This document shows, one piece after another, positions 50,220-62,615 of a DNA stretch of 64,000 bases. The stretch is taken from positions 141,920,001 to 141,984,000 of the forward strand of contig CM059432.1 in NCBI GenBank assembly GCA_030390025.1, written 5' to 3'. Each line of letters opens with the position of its first letter. Within the stretch, counting starts at the first letter, position 1. The notes beneath the pieces are model-generated. The model was not told the origin of the DNA. It searched no databases and saw only the letters and a program-made list of their open reading frames with translations. The position numbers were made by a program, and so were the translations under genes. The DNA is from Squalus acanthias (taxonomy: Eukaryota).

Positions 50220-50669
50220 GTAAGCACTGAAATTAACTATGCTGCTTTTTTCTTGAGTTAATTTTTTTTTTCAGCATGACAGTTTCCGAGAGTTTCATCA
50301 CATATATTTTGAGGTTAACCATAAATGACAGCAATTGCTGTACCAATATGGGGTGATTAGTCAGTTCAGATCACCTTCACTACAGTTAAATCGAGTTAAA
50401 ATGAAACATGACAAATGTGTGCAGTTAGAGTTAGTCGTGATGACCTCAATTTTTTAAAGTGACATTGTGGTCAGGAATTTCTGATTTGCAATCCAGAACT
50501 ACTTGTATGTACCGAGGCTAGTTTAGGGTTATCGAAATAGCATTCATGGTTGCTACCATTATTTTCACAATACTTCAATCTTTCATTCATTAGCTGTCGT
50601 ATTTAAAGGCTCAGGAAGGTTATATTGCTGAGAAATGATAAAATAAGTGGTTTAAGTATTCCTTTAAAA

Positions 50670-51128
50670 AAAGAAAGACTTGCATTTATATAGCGCCTTT
50701 CACGGCCACCGGACGCCCCAAAGCGCTTTGCAGCCAATGAAGTACTTTTGAAGTGTAGTCACTATTGTAATGTAGGAAACGTGGCAGCCATTTGCGCACA
50801 GCAAGCTCCCACAAACAGCAATGTGATAATGACCAGATAATCTGTTTTTCTAGTGATGTTGGTTGAAGGATAAATATTGGCCCCAGGACCAGGGAGAACT
50901 CCCCTGCTCCTCTTCAAAATAGTGCTTTTACGTCCACCTGAGAGAGCAGACGGAGCCTTGGTTCAACGTCTTATCTGAAAAACAGCACCTCCGACAGTGC
51001 AGCACTCCCTCAGTACTGCACTGGAGTGTCTGCCTAGATTTTTGTGCTCAAATCTCTGGAGTGGGACTTGAACCTACAACCTTCTGACTCAGAGACGAGA
51101 GTGCTACCAACTGAGCCACGGCTGACAC
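50670..51128 (-). mobile_element. Deu-domain SINE (SacSINE1-like)
   Basis: Same family. Confidence 0.85.
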
Positions 51129-52451
51129 TATGTTGATACAGTATATGATTCCTCCCTCCCAGCAGCATCTTTCACCCCTCCCAACTGCACCTCCATCAGC
51201 ATCAATTTCTCTTTGCCATTTCTACCTGCAACTAGAACTATTATGGCCTAGATTTCCCTGAGATTGAGGACGTCGCCATGAACTTTGTCTTCTGGCAAGA
51301 GGGGACGTTACTGTGGTGAAGGTGATTTGAACTGACTAATCACCCCATATTGGTACAGCAATTGCTGTCATTTATGGTTAAGCTCAAAATATATGTGATG
51401 AAACTCCCTAAGAAACTGTATTCTAAAATATATGTGATGAAACTCTAAGAAACTATCATGCGGTGACCAGTGTTTGCGACATCAATTCCGATTTCAACCC
51501 ACGTGAACAGTATTGCGTTAATTCATCCTCCTAAAAAAAAAGCATTTAACATATTTCTGAGATTTGACCGGAACACTTCCTGATTAACTCATTGAAGTTT
51601 TCAGATAGGATCCATTATTATTGTTTGAGTTCAGGCGCCACAAGAACAAACTTTATAGCTTGGTATCCAAGCGTTTGATGAACAATCCCTTTATATGCAA
51701 CTCAAAATACAAGTGTTGCCAATCGACGATAAAGTATCCAACCTAAAATAGGCAGGAGGGGACGTTAAACATCCATATACTTATAGAAAATTCTGCAAAT
51801 TATTTCTTACTGTGATATAAAATAGTGAACGTCTCCTCCAATGTTCCCTGTAATTTTTTTTTGGATTCGCGGCCTCTTTAACTGGCTGCGCGGCCCATTC
51901 AAATTTTCGCACGTGCACAGTTTCTCCCATGTAAAAGCCGGTGAGCGGTCTGCGTGGGACCTCCGGACTGGGAACATTGGTATCCTCCCATCTTCAGCTC
52001 TGAACCAAAAGGTCATCTTATTTTGAAATCAGACCCTAGCTAATACAGTCAATGTTATGTTTACTTAAAACTCATACCCATCTCTTTAATTTAACTGGAA
52101 AAATACATCATTATTTTCAGTACAGACAACTAAAACATAATGATGTGTTGGCCATTTTTAAGCAAAGCTTTTGACGGATAATGACGGATGTTCAAATGAG
52201 CATATAAACCGTAAGATATTTCACTGTAGTACCATATTCCAGCTTTGTATTTCACAGTAACACTGCTGTTGTGCTTTTGTTCATTTACAAAATGTTCAAA
52301 GCTAAATCTTTGAAAATATGGAACTCTCTGGTATCCAATGCGATGTATTAAAACAACTTTCCTTGTACTGTGGTTGCACATTATTAGAAATTGAAATGGC
52401 CAATAAATTTGCTTCTAAAGTATATGCATTAAGCTTGAATATACATTAAAC

Positions 52452-52898
52452 AAAGAAAGAACTTGCATTTCTATAGTGCTTTTGCCCACCTCAGGACGTC
52501 CCAAAGCACTTTACAGTCAATGAAGTACTTTTGAAATGCAGTCACTGTTGTAATGTAGGACATGCGGCAGCTAATTTTGCGCACAGCAAGCTCCCACAAA
52601 TCGCAATGAGATAATGACCAGACCAGATAATCTGTTTTAGTGATGTTGGTTGAGGGATAAATATTGGCCAGGACACAGGGGAGAACTCCCCTGCTCCTCT
52701 TAGAGTACTGCCGTGGGATATTTTATGTCCACCTGTGAGGACAGACTCGGTTTAACATCTCATCCGAAAGATGGCGCCTCTGGCAGTGCAGCACTCCCTC
52801 AGTACTGGAGTATCGGTTTAGATTTTGTGCTCAAGTCCCTGGAGTGGAACTCTTCTGACTCCAAGGCGAGAGTGCCACCAATGAGCCGAGGCTGACAC
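52452..52898 (-). mobile_element. Deu-domain SINE (SacSINE1-like)
   Basis: Same family. Confidence 0.85.
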
Positions 52899-53222
52899 CA
52901 TTTACTATAGAAAGGAATTTAGGTTGATTCAGACTTTGTTTTTAAGGATGAGCTGTTGCCATTTTCACTTGTCTTTGAGCTGATGTTTACTACTACCCTG
53001 TTCTTTAGACTAGATAAATTCCGTTAAACACACACATCACGATGAAGACACACACCGCTTTTGCGGCTGTGAAAAGCATATTAGAATCTTTTATGTCTTA
53101 AAGAAGTAGCTGTTAATAGCAATACAAAAGCAAAATACTGCGGATGCTGGAAATCTGAAATAAAAACAGAAAATGCTGGAAATACTCAGCAGGCCAGGCA
53201 GCATCTGTGGAGAGAGAAACAG

Positions 53223-53258
53223 AGTTAACGTTTCAGGTCGATGACCCTTCGTCAGACT
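53223..53258 (-). ncRNA. Minimal hammerhead ribozyme motif in a solo Penelope terminal repeat (~53125-53258)
   Basis: Minus strand CTGACGA-A-GGGTC(ATC)GACCT-GAAA-CGTT-AACT; stem I imperfect. Confidence 0.55.
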
Positions 53259-53956
53259 AGGCGCTGTTGTGCGAAGCTCCATTTATGCTTTTCTGATGAA
53301 CTTCAAAAGCAACTCTTCAAATAGCTACCATCGTAATAGGTCACACTCGCAGTGTTTTAACTTGATAGTGCTGAAATTTGTTGCTTGGATCTCAAATAAA
53401 AAGATGACAAACAGAAAATCATGGAATTGAGTTCTCGTGCCATTACAGTAGTGACTCAGGAAACTCTATCGCTCTGATATGCTTTCCTCAATTAAAAAAA
53501 ATTCATTCTTGGGATGCAGGCGTTTTATTGCCCATCCCTAGTTGCCCTTGAGAAGCTGCCTTCTTGAACCGCTGCAGTCCATGTGGTGAAGGTACTCCCA
53601 CAGTTAGGCAGGGCATTCCAGGATTTTGTCCCAGCAACGATGAAGGAACGCCAATATATTTCCAAGTCAGGATGGTGTGTGTTAAGTTTTGACCATTCTT
53701 TGTTCAAATACGGATTGAGCTGTTAACGCTCTCCCCACATTAAATTGTTCTATCTCAGAAGTGGGGTAAATCTGTAGAACTTAACACCCCATTCAAATTC
53801 CTATTGATGGTCAATCACATGCTGGCTATTATAAAGCATTGTAGACTTTGCAATCCACCCCAGTTGAATGGGGTTACATGAAGGAATGTATATGAGGGAA
53901 TGGAAAGAAAATTGTAGGAACATCCTAAAAGGTTTGCTTTTTCCCCATATTTTTAG

Positions 53957-54143
53957 TGGTGAAACTGCTTTCAAGAACATGACCATACCTTATGGCTGGG
54001 CTAAACAGCCAATGCTTTTGAGGATTAATCAGATACAAGAGGACATCTCCATCACAGTGATTTATGGAGCACGCTCTTGCATCGATGGCATCTCCAGAAA
54101 ACAGATCAAAGCACTAAGACCAAAATCTTCAGTCAACATAGTA
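53957..54143 (+). CDS. ABHD5: ABHD5 exon 6
   Basis: atatttttag|...GTA|gtaagt, 187 nt, [20 protein letters not shown]...[10 protein letters not shown]...[10 protein letters not shown]. Confidence 0.95.
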
Positions 54144-55489
54144 GTAAGTAAATGATTCTTGATTTTCTCTCGAGATCTACACAGACTGGGGTCAGTTTGA
54201 GAGCCCATTAGGCCTGTGTGCACCAGTTCATGGCTGTGTCTATTTGCACCACAAGTGGGCTGTACCAGATTTCTGATTGTCCCCTTGGAGGACAGGACAC
54301 ACCCAACAGTTTGTCTTGAATGTGTAATTTGATCCTGCCTGCTGTAGACTAATTCTCCGGAGTCGGCAAGCACTGCACTGCTGGGGTGGGGGAGGGGGGC
54401 AAGCACGGGAAGCTCCCACCTGAAACAGGCAAGAGCTTCATTAAAATAGTAAAATGTGGGAGAGTCGTCCAGCACGCCACTTTCCAATGTTCTTGCTTGC
54501 AGAGCGTTCATTCTTAATTACGTTCTTGACAACTAGGCGTCCAAGGATTGGGAAATAAGTGGGAATTCATGTCATGGTAGACTTTTTAGGACATCTCTGG
54601 CACATTTTTCTTCATTTCTTTTATTTTTTTCTGCAGGAACTGGGTTGTTTTGTACTCTGCCAGGAATGACCTTTGCAAAATTACCGTGTAGAAATTTGAG
54701 GGGCGATTTTAACCCTACTCGCTCAGCAGAAACTTGGAGGCTGGGCAGTTAAAATCGCCCTGGCTCTTACCTGTCTGAAAGTCGTCATGATGGCAACATC
54801 TGCAATTTTATATCTGCAATTTTAACCTGGTCTCCTGAGCAGGCAGCAAGGACACGCACCCAGAGCCAACAGGGTCCTTCTTTACATGTGCATGTTGCGG
54901 CCTGATGACAACATTGAGACCCGACTGTAATTTTAACTCAGGCCTGAGCGGGGAATCCACCTGGAGTTAAAACAGGGCCTTTATGTCTATTTGCTTGACT
55001 TCTTTAATGAAAAGACTGACCTCTACACCCAGTTCTCTGATCTGTTCATCTAATCTCGCCCTTCCCTGTACACATGAGGGTGCTGACCTCAGTCTCTCTG
55101 TTCTCAGAGACTTCACTCTTACATATAAGTGATAAACATTGGACTGAACTTCTTAAACTTTTTAAAGTCTCACTCTTGACACTTTCTCACTTAGAAGACT
55201 TGCTTTGTAGGCTAATCTGAATTTTGTCAGATTTCTTGTGATCTCTTCCAACTTCTCTTCATTGTCTTCTGTAACTTCTATTTCTCAACCTGCTCTTCTT
55301 TTTGGGTGTGAAAAAGCCAGTTTTTAAAATAAACTTAATCTGACAAAGTAAGGTCATACTTACAGTAGTCATTCTTCTATCTTGAGTGGACAAAATAATA
55401 CAATGATTGCAACTCTAAGAACTAAACTAGCCCTCTGTAAATCACTTTTAAATAATTACGTGTTTCTTTTCATTGAATTTCTTACACTA

Positions 55490-55954
55490 TGTCAGTTGTG
55501 GCTCAGTGGGTAGCACTCTCGCCTCTGAGTCAGAAGGTTGTGGGTTCAAGTCCCAGTCCAGGGACTTGAGCATAGGATCTAGGCTGACATTCCCAGTGCA
55601 TTACTGAGGGAGCACTGCACTGTCGGAGGTGCCGTCTTTCACATGAGACGTTAAACTGAAGCCCTGTCTGCCCTCTCAGGTGGATGTAAAAGATCCCATG
55701 GCATTTTTTGAAGCAGAGATGGGGAGTTCTCCCCAGTGTCCTGACTAATATTTATCCCTCAAAGGACATCACTAAAAACAGATGATCTGGTCATTATCGT
55801 ATACTGTTTGTGGGAGCTTGCTGTGTGCAAATTGGTTGCCACCGTTCCCTAGTTTACAACAGTGACTACACTTTAAAAAGTACTCAATTGACTGTAAAGC
55901 GCTTTGGGACGCCCTAAGGCTGTGAAAGGCGCTATAGAAATGCAAGTCTTTCTT
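55490..55954 (+). mobile_element. Deu-domain SINE (SacSINE1-like)
   Basis: Same family. Confidence 0.85.
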
Positions 55955-56659
55955 TATAGAGAGCAAATGGAAAATCTCATGAGAAGACCGTTTAAAAATC
56001 ACGAGAGTCAAGAGGCTGTTTGAAAGTCTCAGAACAGACAGGTTGATATTCCTAAAAGAAAAGCGAAATATTGTGTGTATTTAAAGGTTATCTACGAAAA
56101 CTTAGTTTGGCTCTTAGAGTTGGGATCTTTGATTTTATCTACTCAAGAAGTTAGATGAAAGATGTTTTACTGTAAATATATAACTGTATTTGGTCACTGT
56201 TAGATTATTTGCTTTGCTTTTTAATACTTAAAATGAGGTCTTCTGGGACGCTTTATCTCTTTTGAAGACTGAAATGTAATCTTCTAGAGGAACAAGACAG
56301 TCCAGTATCCAAAAGCAATTAACAAACAGGGCTTGCTGATTGTTTATCTGTCCTGCTACAAAAGCTTACCTAGATCTCAAAGGGGAAAGATAGACACTCT
56401 CAAAAGTTTGGAGGGTTGAGAATCACTCATGAGAATGATCTAAGATTCAAACACCAAATAATCTAGGACAAGAATATTTAAAAAAACATAATAATAACCT
56501 TTATGCAAAATTGTATTATGCGTCAAAACTACAAATTGTTCAACAGCAGGCTCGAGGGGCCATATGGCCTACTCCTGCTCCTATTTCTTATGTTCTTATG
56601 TTCAACATGTTTTGTCAACATTAACACATTTGTACTTTTTTTTTTGCTTTGCTTTATAG

Positions 56660-56749
56660 GCGATTCGTGGTGCTGGCCATTATGTGTATGCTGATCAACC
56701 AGAAGACTTCAATCAAACAGTACTGGGAGTCTGCAGTACTGTAGACTAA
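56660..56749 (+). CDS. ABHD5: ABHD5 exon 7 (terminal; HX4D motif)
   Basis: ttgctttatag| AIRGAGHYVYADQPEDFNQTVLGVCSTVD*. The spliced CDS is 29+86+373+155+115+187+90 = 1035 nt = 344 aa plus stop. Confidence 0.95.
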   Translation, partial: AIRGAGHYVYADQPEDFNQTVLGVCSTVD

Positions 56750-58070
56750 TAATCCAACATTACTGGGAATCTGCTGTATTGTACATTAACAATCCAACCG
56801 TACTGGGAATCTGCAATACTGTAGACTAATAATCCAACATTACTGGGAATCTGCTGTATTGTACATTAACAATCCAACCGTACTGGGAATCTGCAATACT
56901 GGAGACTAATAATCTGACAAGACTGGGAATCTGCAGTACTGGAGACTAATAATCCGACAATACTGGGAATCAGCAGTACTGGAGATTAATAATCCGACAA
57001 TACTGGGAATCAGCAGTACTGGAGACTAATAATCCGATAATACTGGGAATCAGCAGTACTGTAGATTAATAATCCGATAATACTGGGAATCAGCAGTACT
57101 GGAGACTAATAATCCGACAATACTGGGAATCAGCAGTACTGTAGATTAATAATCCGATAATACTGGGAATCAGCAGTACTGGAGATTAATAATCCGACAA
57201 TACTGGGAATCAGCAGTACTGTAGATTAACAATCCGATAATACTGGGAATCAGCAGTACTGGAGATTAATAATCCGATAATACTGGGAATCAGCAGTACT
57301 GTACGTTAATAATCCGACAATACTGGGAATCAGCAGTACTGTAGATTAACAATCCGATAATACTGGGAATCAGCAGTACTGGAGATTAATAATCCGATAA
57401 TACTGGGAATCAGCAGTACTGTACGTTAATAATCCGACAATACTGGGAATCAGCAGTACTGGAGACTAATAATCCGACAATACTGGGAATCAGCAGTACT
57501 GGAGACTAATAATCCGACAATACTGGGAATCAGCAGTACTGGAGACTAATAATCCGATAATACTGGGAATCAGCAGTACTGGAGATTAATAATCCGATAA
57601 TACTGGGAATCAGCAGTACTGGAGATTAATAATCCGATAATACTGGGAATCAGCAGTGCTGGAGACTAATAATCCGACAATACTGGGAATCAGCAGTACT
57701 GGAGATTAATAATCCGATAATACTGGGAATCAGCAGTACTGGAGACTAATAATCCGATAATACTGGGAATCAGCAGTACTGGAGATTAATAATCCAACAA
57801 TACTGGGAATCAGCAGTACTGGAGACTAATAATCCGATAATACTGGGAATCAGCAGTACTGTACGTTAACAATCTGATAATACTGGGAATCAGCAGTACT
57901 GGAGATTAACAATCCGACAATACTGGGAATCAGCAGTACTGTACGTTAATAATCCAACAATACTGGGAATCAGCAGTACTGGAGACTAACAATCCGATAA
58001 TACTGGGAATCAGCAGTACTGTAGATTAACAATCAAACAATACTGGATATCTGCAGTGCTATCGACTAAC
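56711..58070. repeat. 40-bp minisatellite, 34 units, beginning inside the ABHD5 CDS
   Basis: Consensus unit AATCCGACAATACTGGGAATCAGCAGTACTGGAGACTAAT; 1360 bp / 40 = 34 in-register units. Confidence 0.95.
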
Positions 58071-58094
58071 TTCTGCATTTTTAATTCAAAATGT

Positions 58095-58100
58095 AATAAA
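58095..58100 (+). terminator. Candidate polyadenylation signal of ABHD5
   Basis: First AATAAA seen downstream of the stop codon, 25 nt after the 40-bp array. Confidence 0.5.
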
Positions 58101-59465
58101 TGCAAACAAGGAAGTCAATATAAACTGCATTAGTTTAGCACCAGAAGCCAAATTTAATGAAGACTCTCTTTCTGAAACTTAGGCATCCAAGATAAGACTT
58201 ATGTCAATACCTTCTATCTTTGTTAAAAAATTTTGTGATCCTTTTAAGTATTACTATACCAAGTTTTATTTTTGATTACCTCTACCATAAAAGTATTTAA
58301 TTCTGGAATATTAATACCAATATGTCATAACAACTATTTAATATGATGTTTGTATCATTTTAGTTCAAAATGATTATGAACAAAGATTTTTGTTTTGATT
58401 GAAAATGTAAATGCGGTTGAAAAAATGTAGTTACTTTAAATTGGCACTTAAATACACCTTACATGACTGATTATTTTAAAAGATCGTTTTGGACGAGTGT
58501 TCTGTTAATTTTCTCTATATTTGCTCACATAATTATGGTCACTGCACGCCAAAAAGTAATTTAATGTGTGAAACACTCAGGTGCTTCTGAGCGATGTGAT
58601 GAATTGCTATGTCAGTGCAGGTCTTTCTAAAATTGTAGTTACCCATTGCTGCTAAGTCCCCTCCCCCAGAGAAGTCACAGCAAGAATCAATTTGGATCAG
58701 TGCTTTGATTTGTTGTGTTTGTAATTGAGAGTTTATCGATATTTTAGCACTGGATCAATAATCAGAACAGAGCATTAAATGATACAAGAATTGCAGCAAT
58801 GCACAGCACCTTAGTATAACATGGAAGATGAAGATGACTGAGTGACATCTTCAGTAGCAGTATTTCTCAGCTCAGAGACACATTTCACTCGTATTGCCGC
58901 AAGCTAATCCATAGGCAATGATCAGTGGTAACACTGCTTTCTCTCAGTCATTGCTCTTAGCTGATTGGGACCATGAGGACACATTGCCACAGTATGGGCA
59001 TGGCAAGGAGGGGTTGGAAAGAGACCCACAGGCCCCAATTAAGTCCTGTAGCTTGTAAACCAGCTCTTAAATTTAAAAAAAGGGTTCACAATGACTGTTG
59101 TGTTGGTCTGCGTAATAGTCACTTCAAAAGGTAATGCATTGTGCAAAGTATTTTGAGATATGCAAATATTAATTGTATTATTCTAACCCTCGTAGGTGCA
59201 TGTGTTTTCATAAAGGGGACATACCCCAAATTGTACGAGAATGGAACTCCTAGGGCAGAGACTTCATTCCACTATGGAACCATCATCTCTACAAATGCTT
59301 AGACAACCGTTTTAGACACGTTCCCTGTTAAACCTGCAAAGACATTTGCTCAACAGATTTGAAGTTTTGCAGGGAATCCGCAACTCCTTATTAACCTGCT
59401 CAGGATCCGGCTTTCGCGTTGAAATGTTAACTCATATTATTGCAGTTCCAATTTCAAGAGATAAT

Positions 59466-60225
59466 GGGCTAGAAATTTGGCTGCTTTGCACCTCCCGTTA
59501 GCGCCTGCGGGGGGTGGTAACGGGGTGCTAAGGGGTTACCGACTGGGCACGGCGAATTCAGCGACGCCCGCTAACTTCCCTGGCAGTTTTGCGCTGGCGC
59601 TAACACTTGCTGCCTCGGGTCTCTAGCGCCCCGTAGATCGTGACGTCATCAAGTGCGCAGCGCCCCGTTACCGCCCCGGATGTGAAATTCGCTCCCGCCT
59701 CCTGCTGCATCGCCGGGCGTCAACAACGGCAGCAACAGGAGGCGTTGTCACCTCGGCTGGCCACTTGGGCAGCGATAATTAAAGGCAGTGGTGGTCAGGT
59801 AGGCCAAACTTTATTCTTCGCACCAGTCTGGTGCCTGCTGAAAGTTTTTGCAGACTCATTGCTGTGCGATGCCTAAGCCCACCACACTCTGAGAGTGATT
59901 GGGGCTGCATTGGAAGTCGTGCAGGCCCCCTGGCCCCAAGGAACTAAGAATAAGAAGGTTGTAAACCATCATTGGCCCTTCCCTTTAAGCGAGGGAAGGG
60001 GAGCCTCTGATGGCAGTAGCGCACTGCACTGCATGTTCTTCAGTGCTCTGCCGCTGCCGCCCCCTCACGCACTTTAGCGCCCTAAGATAACTGGTTAGCA
60101 CTTGATTTAGCGCTCCACTTCCCTGTTGGAGCGCTAAAGCTGAAGTTCCCGGGATCAAAAAAGGATAATTTTTTCAGATTTCAAAAGTTATCGCCCCAAA
60201 CAGGGCGCAACGGAATTTCCAGCCC
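59466..60225. mobile_element. Non-autonomous DNA transposon, PIF/Harbinger-like (related to 1961-2770, opposite orientation)
   Basis: TIR GGGCTAGAAATT / AATTTCCAGCCC, AAT duplication; internal similarity to the reverse complement of 2560-2760. Confidence 0.72.
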
Positions 60226-60317
60226 AATATTTTTATCCACCACTTTGTTCTTCCTTTTAAGATTAAGTATCATTTTGTTTCTAAAACCTGGGGTAGGGGG
60301 TTGGGTGCAATGTTTCC

Positions 60318-60764
60318 TCAGCTGTGGCTCAGTTGGTAGCACACTTGCCTCTGAGTCAGAAGGTTGTGGGTTCAAGTCCCACCCTCAGGGACTTGAGCAC
60401 ATAAAGCTAGGCTGACACTCCCAGTGCAGCGCTGAGGGAGTGCTGCACTGTCGGAGGTGCCGACTTTCAGATGAGACGTTAAACCGAGGCCCCGTCTGCT
60501 CTCTCAGGTGGACGTAAAAGATCCCATGGCACTATTTTGAAGAGGAGCAGGGGAGTTATCCCCTGGTATCTTGGCCAATATTTATCCCTCAACACAACAC
60601 AACAAAAACAGATGAATCTGGTCATTATCACATTGCTGTTCGCTGTGTGCAAATTGGCTGCCGCGTTTCCCACATTACAGCGGTGACTACACTTAATAAG
60701 TACTCAAATGGCTGTAAAAGCGCTTTGAGACGTCTGGTGGTCGTGAAAGGGGTTATATAAATGC
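60318..60764 (+). mobile_element. Deu-domain SINE (SacSINE1-like)
   Basis: Same family. Confidence 0.85.
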
Positions 60765-60831
60765 GTAATAACAACAGAAAACGCTGGAAAAACTCAGCAG
60801 GCCAGGCAGCATCCGTGGAGAGAGAAAGAGA

Positions 60832-60866
60832 GTTAACGTTTCAGGTCGATGACCTTTCGTCAGAAC
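60832..60866 (-). ncRNA. Minimal hammerhead ribozyme motif in a solo Penelope terminal repeat (~60768-60866)
   Basis: Minus strand GTT-CTGACGA-A-AGGTC(ATC)GACCT-GAAA-CGTT-AAC. Confidence 0.65.
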
Positions 60867-60886
60867 GTGTCTTTCTTTCTTTAAGG

Positions 60887-61305
60887 TGCGCGACCGCACA
60901 GCGATCTGTCCGGGACCGCGCAGTCAAAGTGCCAGGCCGCGCACAGTGGAGAGCTGCTCGGGGGGGGAGGGGCCCAGGGGGGGAGGGGAGGGGCCCGGGG
61001 GAGGGGAGGGGAGGGGCGCGGCCCGGGGGAGGGGAGGGGCCCGGGGGGGGGAGGGGAGGGGCGCCCGGGGGAGGGGAGGGGCACGGCCCGGGGGAGGGGA
61101 GGGGCGCGGCCCGGGGGAGGGGAGGGGCCCAACGGCCAGAGCGCGGGGGGGGAGGGGCCCAGGGGGGGGGCTGGGCCAACGGCCAGAGCGCGAGCGGCTG
61201 CAGAGAGCACGGGACACAGTGTGGTTGAGGGGAGGGCGGGGTAACTTTCATTTGATTGGCTGTCAGCTCCTACGCAGCGCCGTCAGTGTGCGTGGATTGG
61301 AGGAG
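60887..61305 (+). promoter_or_regulatory. GC/CpG-rich promoter-like region of a downstream gene
   Basis: CpG-dense, long G-run tract 60960-61170, GC box GGGCGGGG at ~61234-61241, inverted CCAAT boxes (tgATTGGctg ~61255, ggATTGG ~61296). Confidence 0.6.
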
Positions 61306-61371
61306 ATGAGCACACTCGCTCTGGGCCACGGCCGGGTAGGAGTCCTCTGTCAGCGCGGGTTCAGAGCAAAT
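61306..61371 (+). CDS. Candidate first coding exon of an unidentified gene (MSTLALGHGRVGVLCQRGFRAN)
   Basis: gagATGA directly after the promoter motifs; donor AAT|gtaaga at 61372 (alternative CGG|gtagga at 61336). No downstream exon recognised. Confidence 0.35.
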
Positions 61372-62115
61372 GTAAGAAAAGCAAGAGTGAAGGAAGCGAG
61401 GGGGGGGAAAAAGCCAGGTGTTTTTTTTTACTGAGAGCTGCCTGTGAGAACACACTGCTGCCGGCAGTGAGTCTCAGGCTGCTCCTCCACCGCAAGCCCA
61501 GCTCCCAATTATCAGACTTTAAACTCCCATCAATTTTCGCCAGATTTAAATGTTGGAGGGTTTCAATTGATTTCTGATTTTTTGCAGTGAGGTGAAAAGA
61601 TTGTTTATAAATTCCCCCCCCCAAAACTTTAAAAAAGTTAAATATATTATTTTTTTTAAACAGTCGGGCAGCGGGTGGGTAAGAAAATGCATTAAATGCA
61701 ACAGTAGTGGTGATTTTTGTTGAATATCATCAAGTTGTCTCACTTCAGCCACAGTCTGAAACGCCAGCAGCTGCCCTGTGAACCGGGGCGAGCGGATTTT
61801 AACGGCGAACTTAATGCCGCGGGTGATTGACAGCTGCAGCACCCAATCCAATGCGGGCCGGTCTTGAAGGTAGCCAATGGGATTTGCGATGGGCCGTGCA
61901 TCATAAGGTGATTGACAGGTCGGATCAGCCTTCCCCTCCCTCCTCCTCGCCACTGCCCTCCCCGCGCCACCCCCCTCCCCACCCCATCCCCCTCCCCTCC
62001 CTCTCCCCTCCTCTCCTCTCCCCTCCCCTCCTCCCCCCCACCCCTCCCTCTCCTCCCCCCACCCCCTCTCCTCTCACCCTCCTCCCCCCCACCCCCTCTC
62101 CTCCCCCCCCCCCCC

Positions 62116-62615
62116 NNNNNNNNNNNNNNNNNNNNNNNNNNNNNNNNNNNNNNNNNNNNNNNNNNNNNNNNNNNNNNNNNNNNNNNNNNNNNNNNNNNNN
62201 NNNNNNNNNNNNNNNNNNNNNNNNNNNNNNNNNNNNNNNNNNNNNNNNNNNNNNNNNNNNNNNNNNNNNNNNNNNNNNNNNNNNNNNNNNNNNNNNNNNN
62301 NNNNNNNNNNNNNNNNNNNNNNNNNNNNNNNNNNNNNNNNNNNNNNNNNNNNNNNNNNNNNNNNNNNNNNNNNNNNNNNNNNNNNNNNNNNNNNNNNNNN
62401 NNNNNNNNNNNNNNNNNNNNNNNNNNNNNNNNNNNNNNNNNNNNNNNNNNNNNNNNNNNNNNNNNNNNNNNNNNNNNNNNNNNNNNNNNNNNNNNNNNNN
62501 NNNNNNNNNNNNNNNNNNNNNNNNNNNNNNNNNNNNNNNNNNNNNNNNNNNNNNNNNNNNNNNNNNNNNNNNNNNNNNNNNNNNNNNNNNNNNNNNNNNN
62601 NNNNNNNNNNNNNNN
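62116..62615. other. Assembly gap (500 N) flanked by C-rich low-complexity sequence
   Basis: Run of exactly 500 N. Confidence 1.

Noticed and set aside
35567..56749. ABHD4 as the gene identity
   Set aside because: [24 protein letters not shown] and GAGHYVYAD match ABHD5, not ABHD4 (GHSLG, VDPWGF, GASHHVYAD). Whether it is the 1:1 orthologue or an ABHD5 paralogue is unresolved.
60761..61251. Gly/Arg/Pro-rich ORFs on both strands
   Set aside because: Low-complexity G-rich promoter tract lacking stops by composition.
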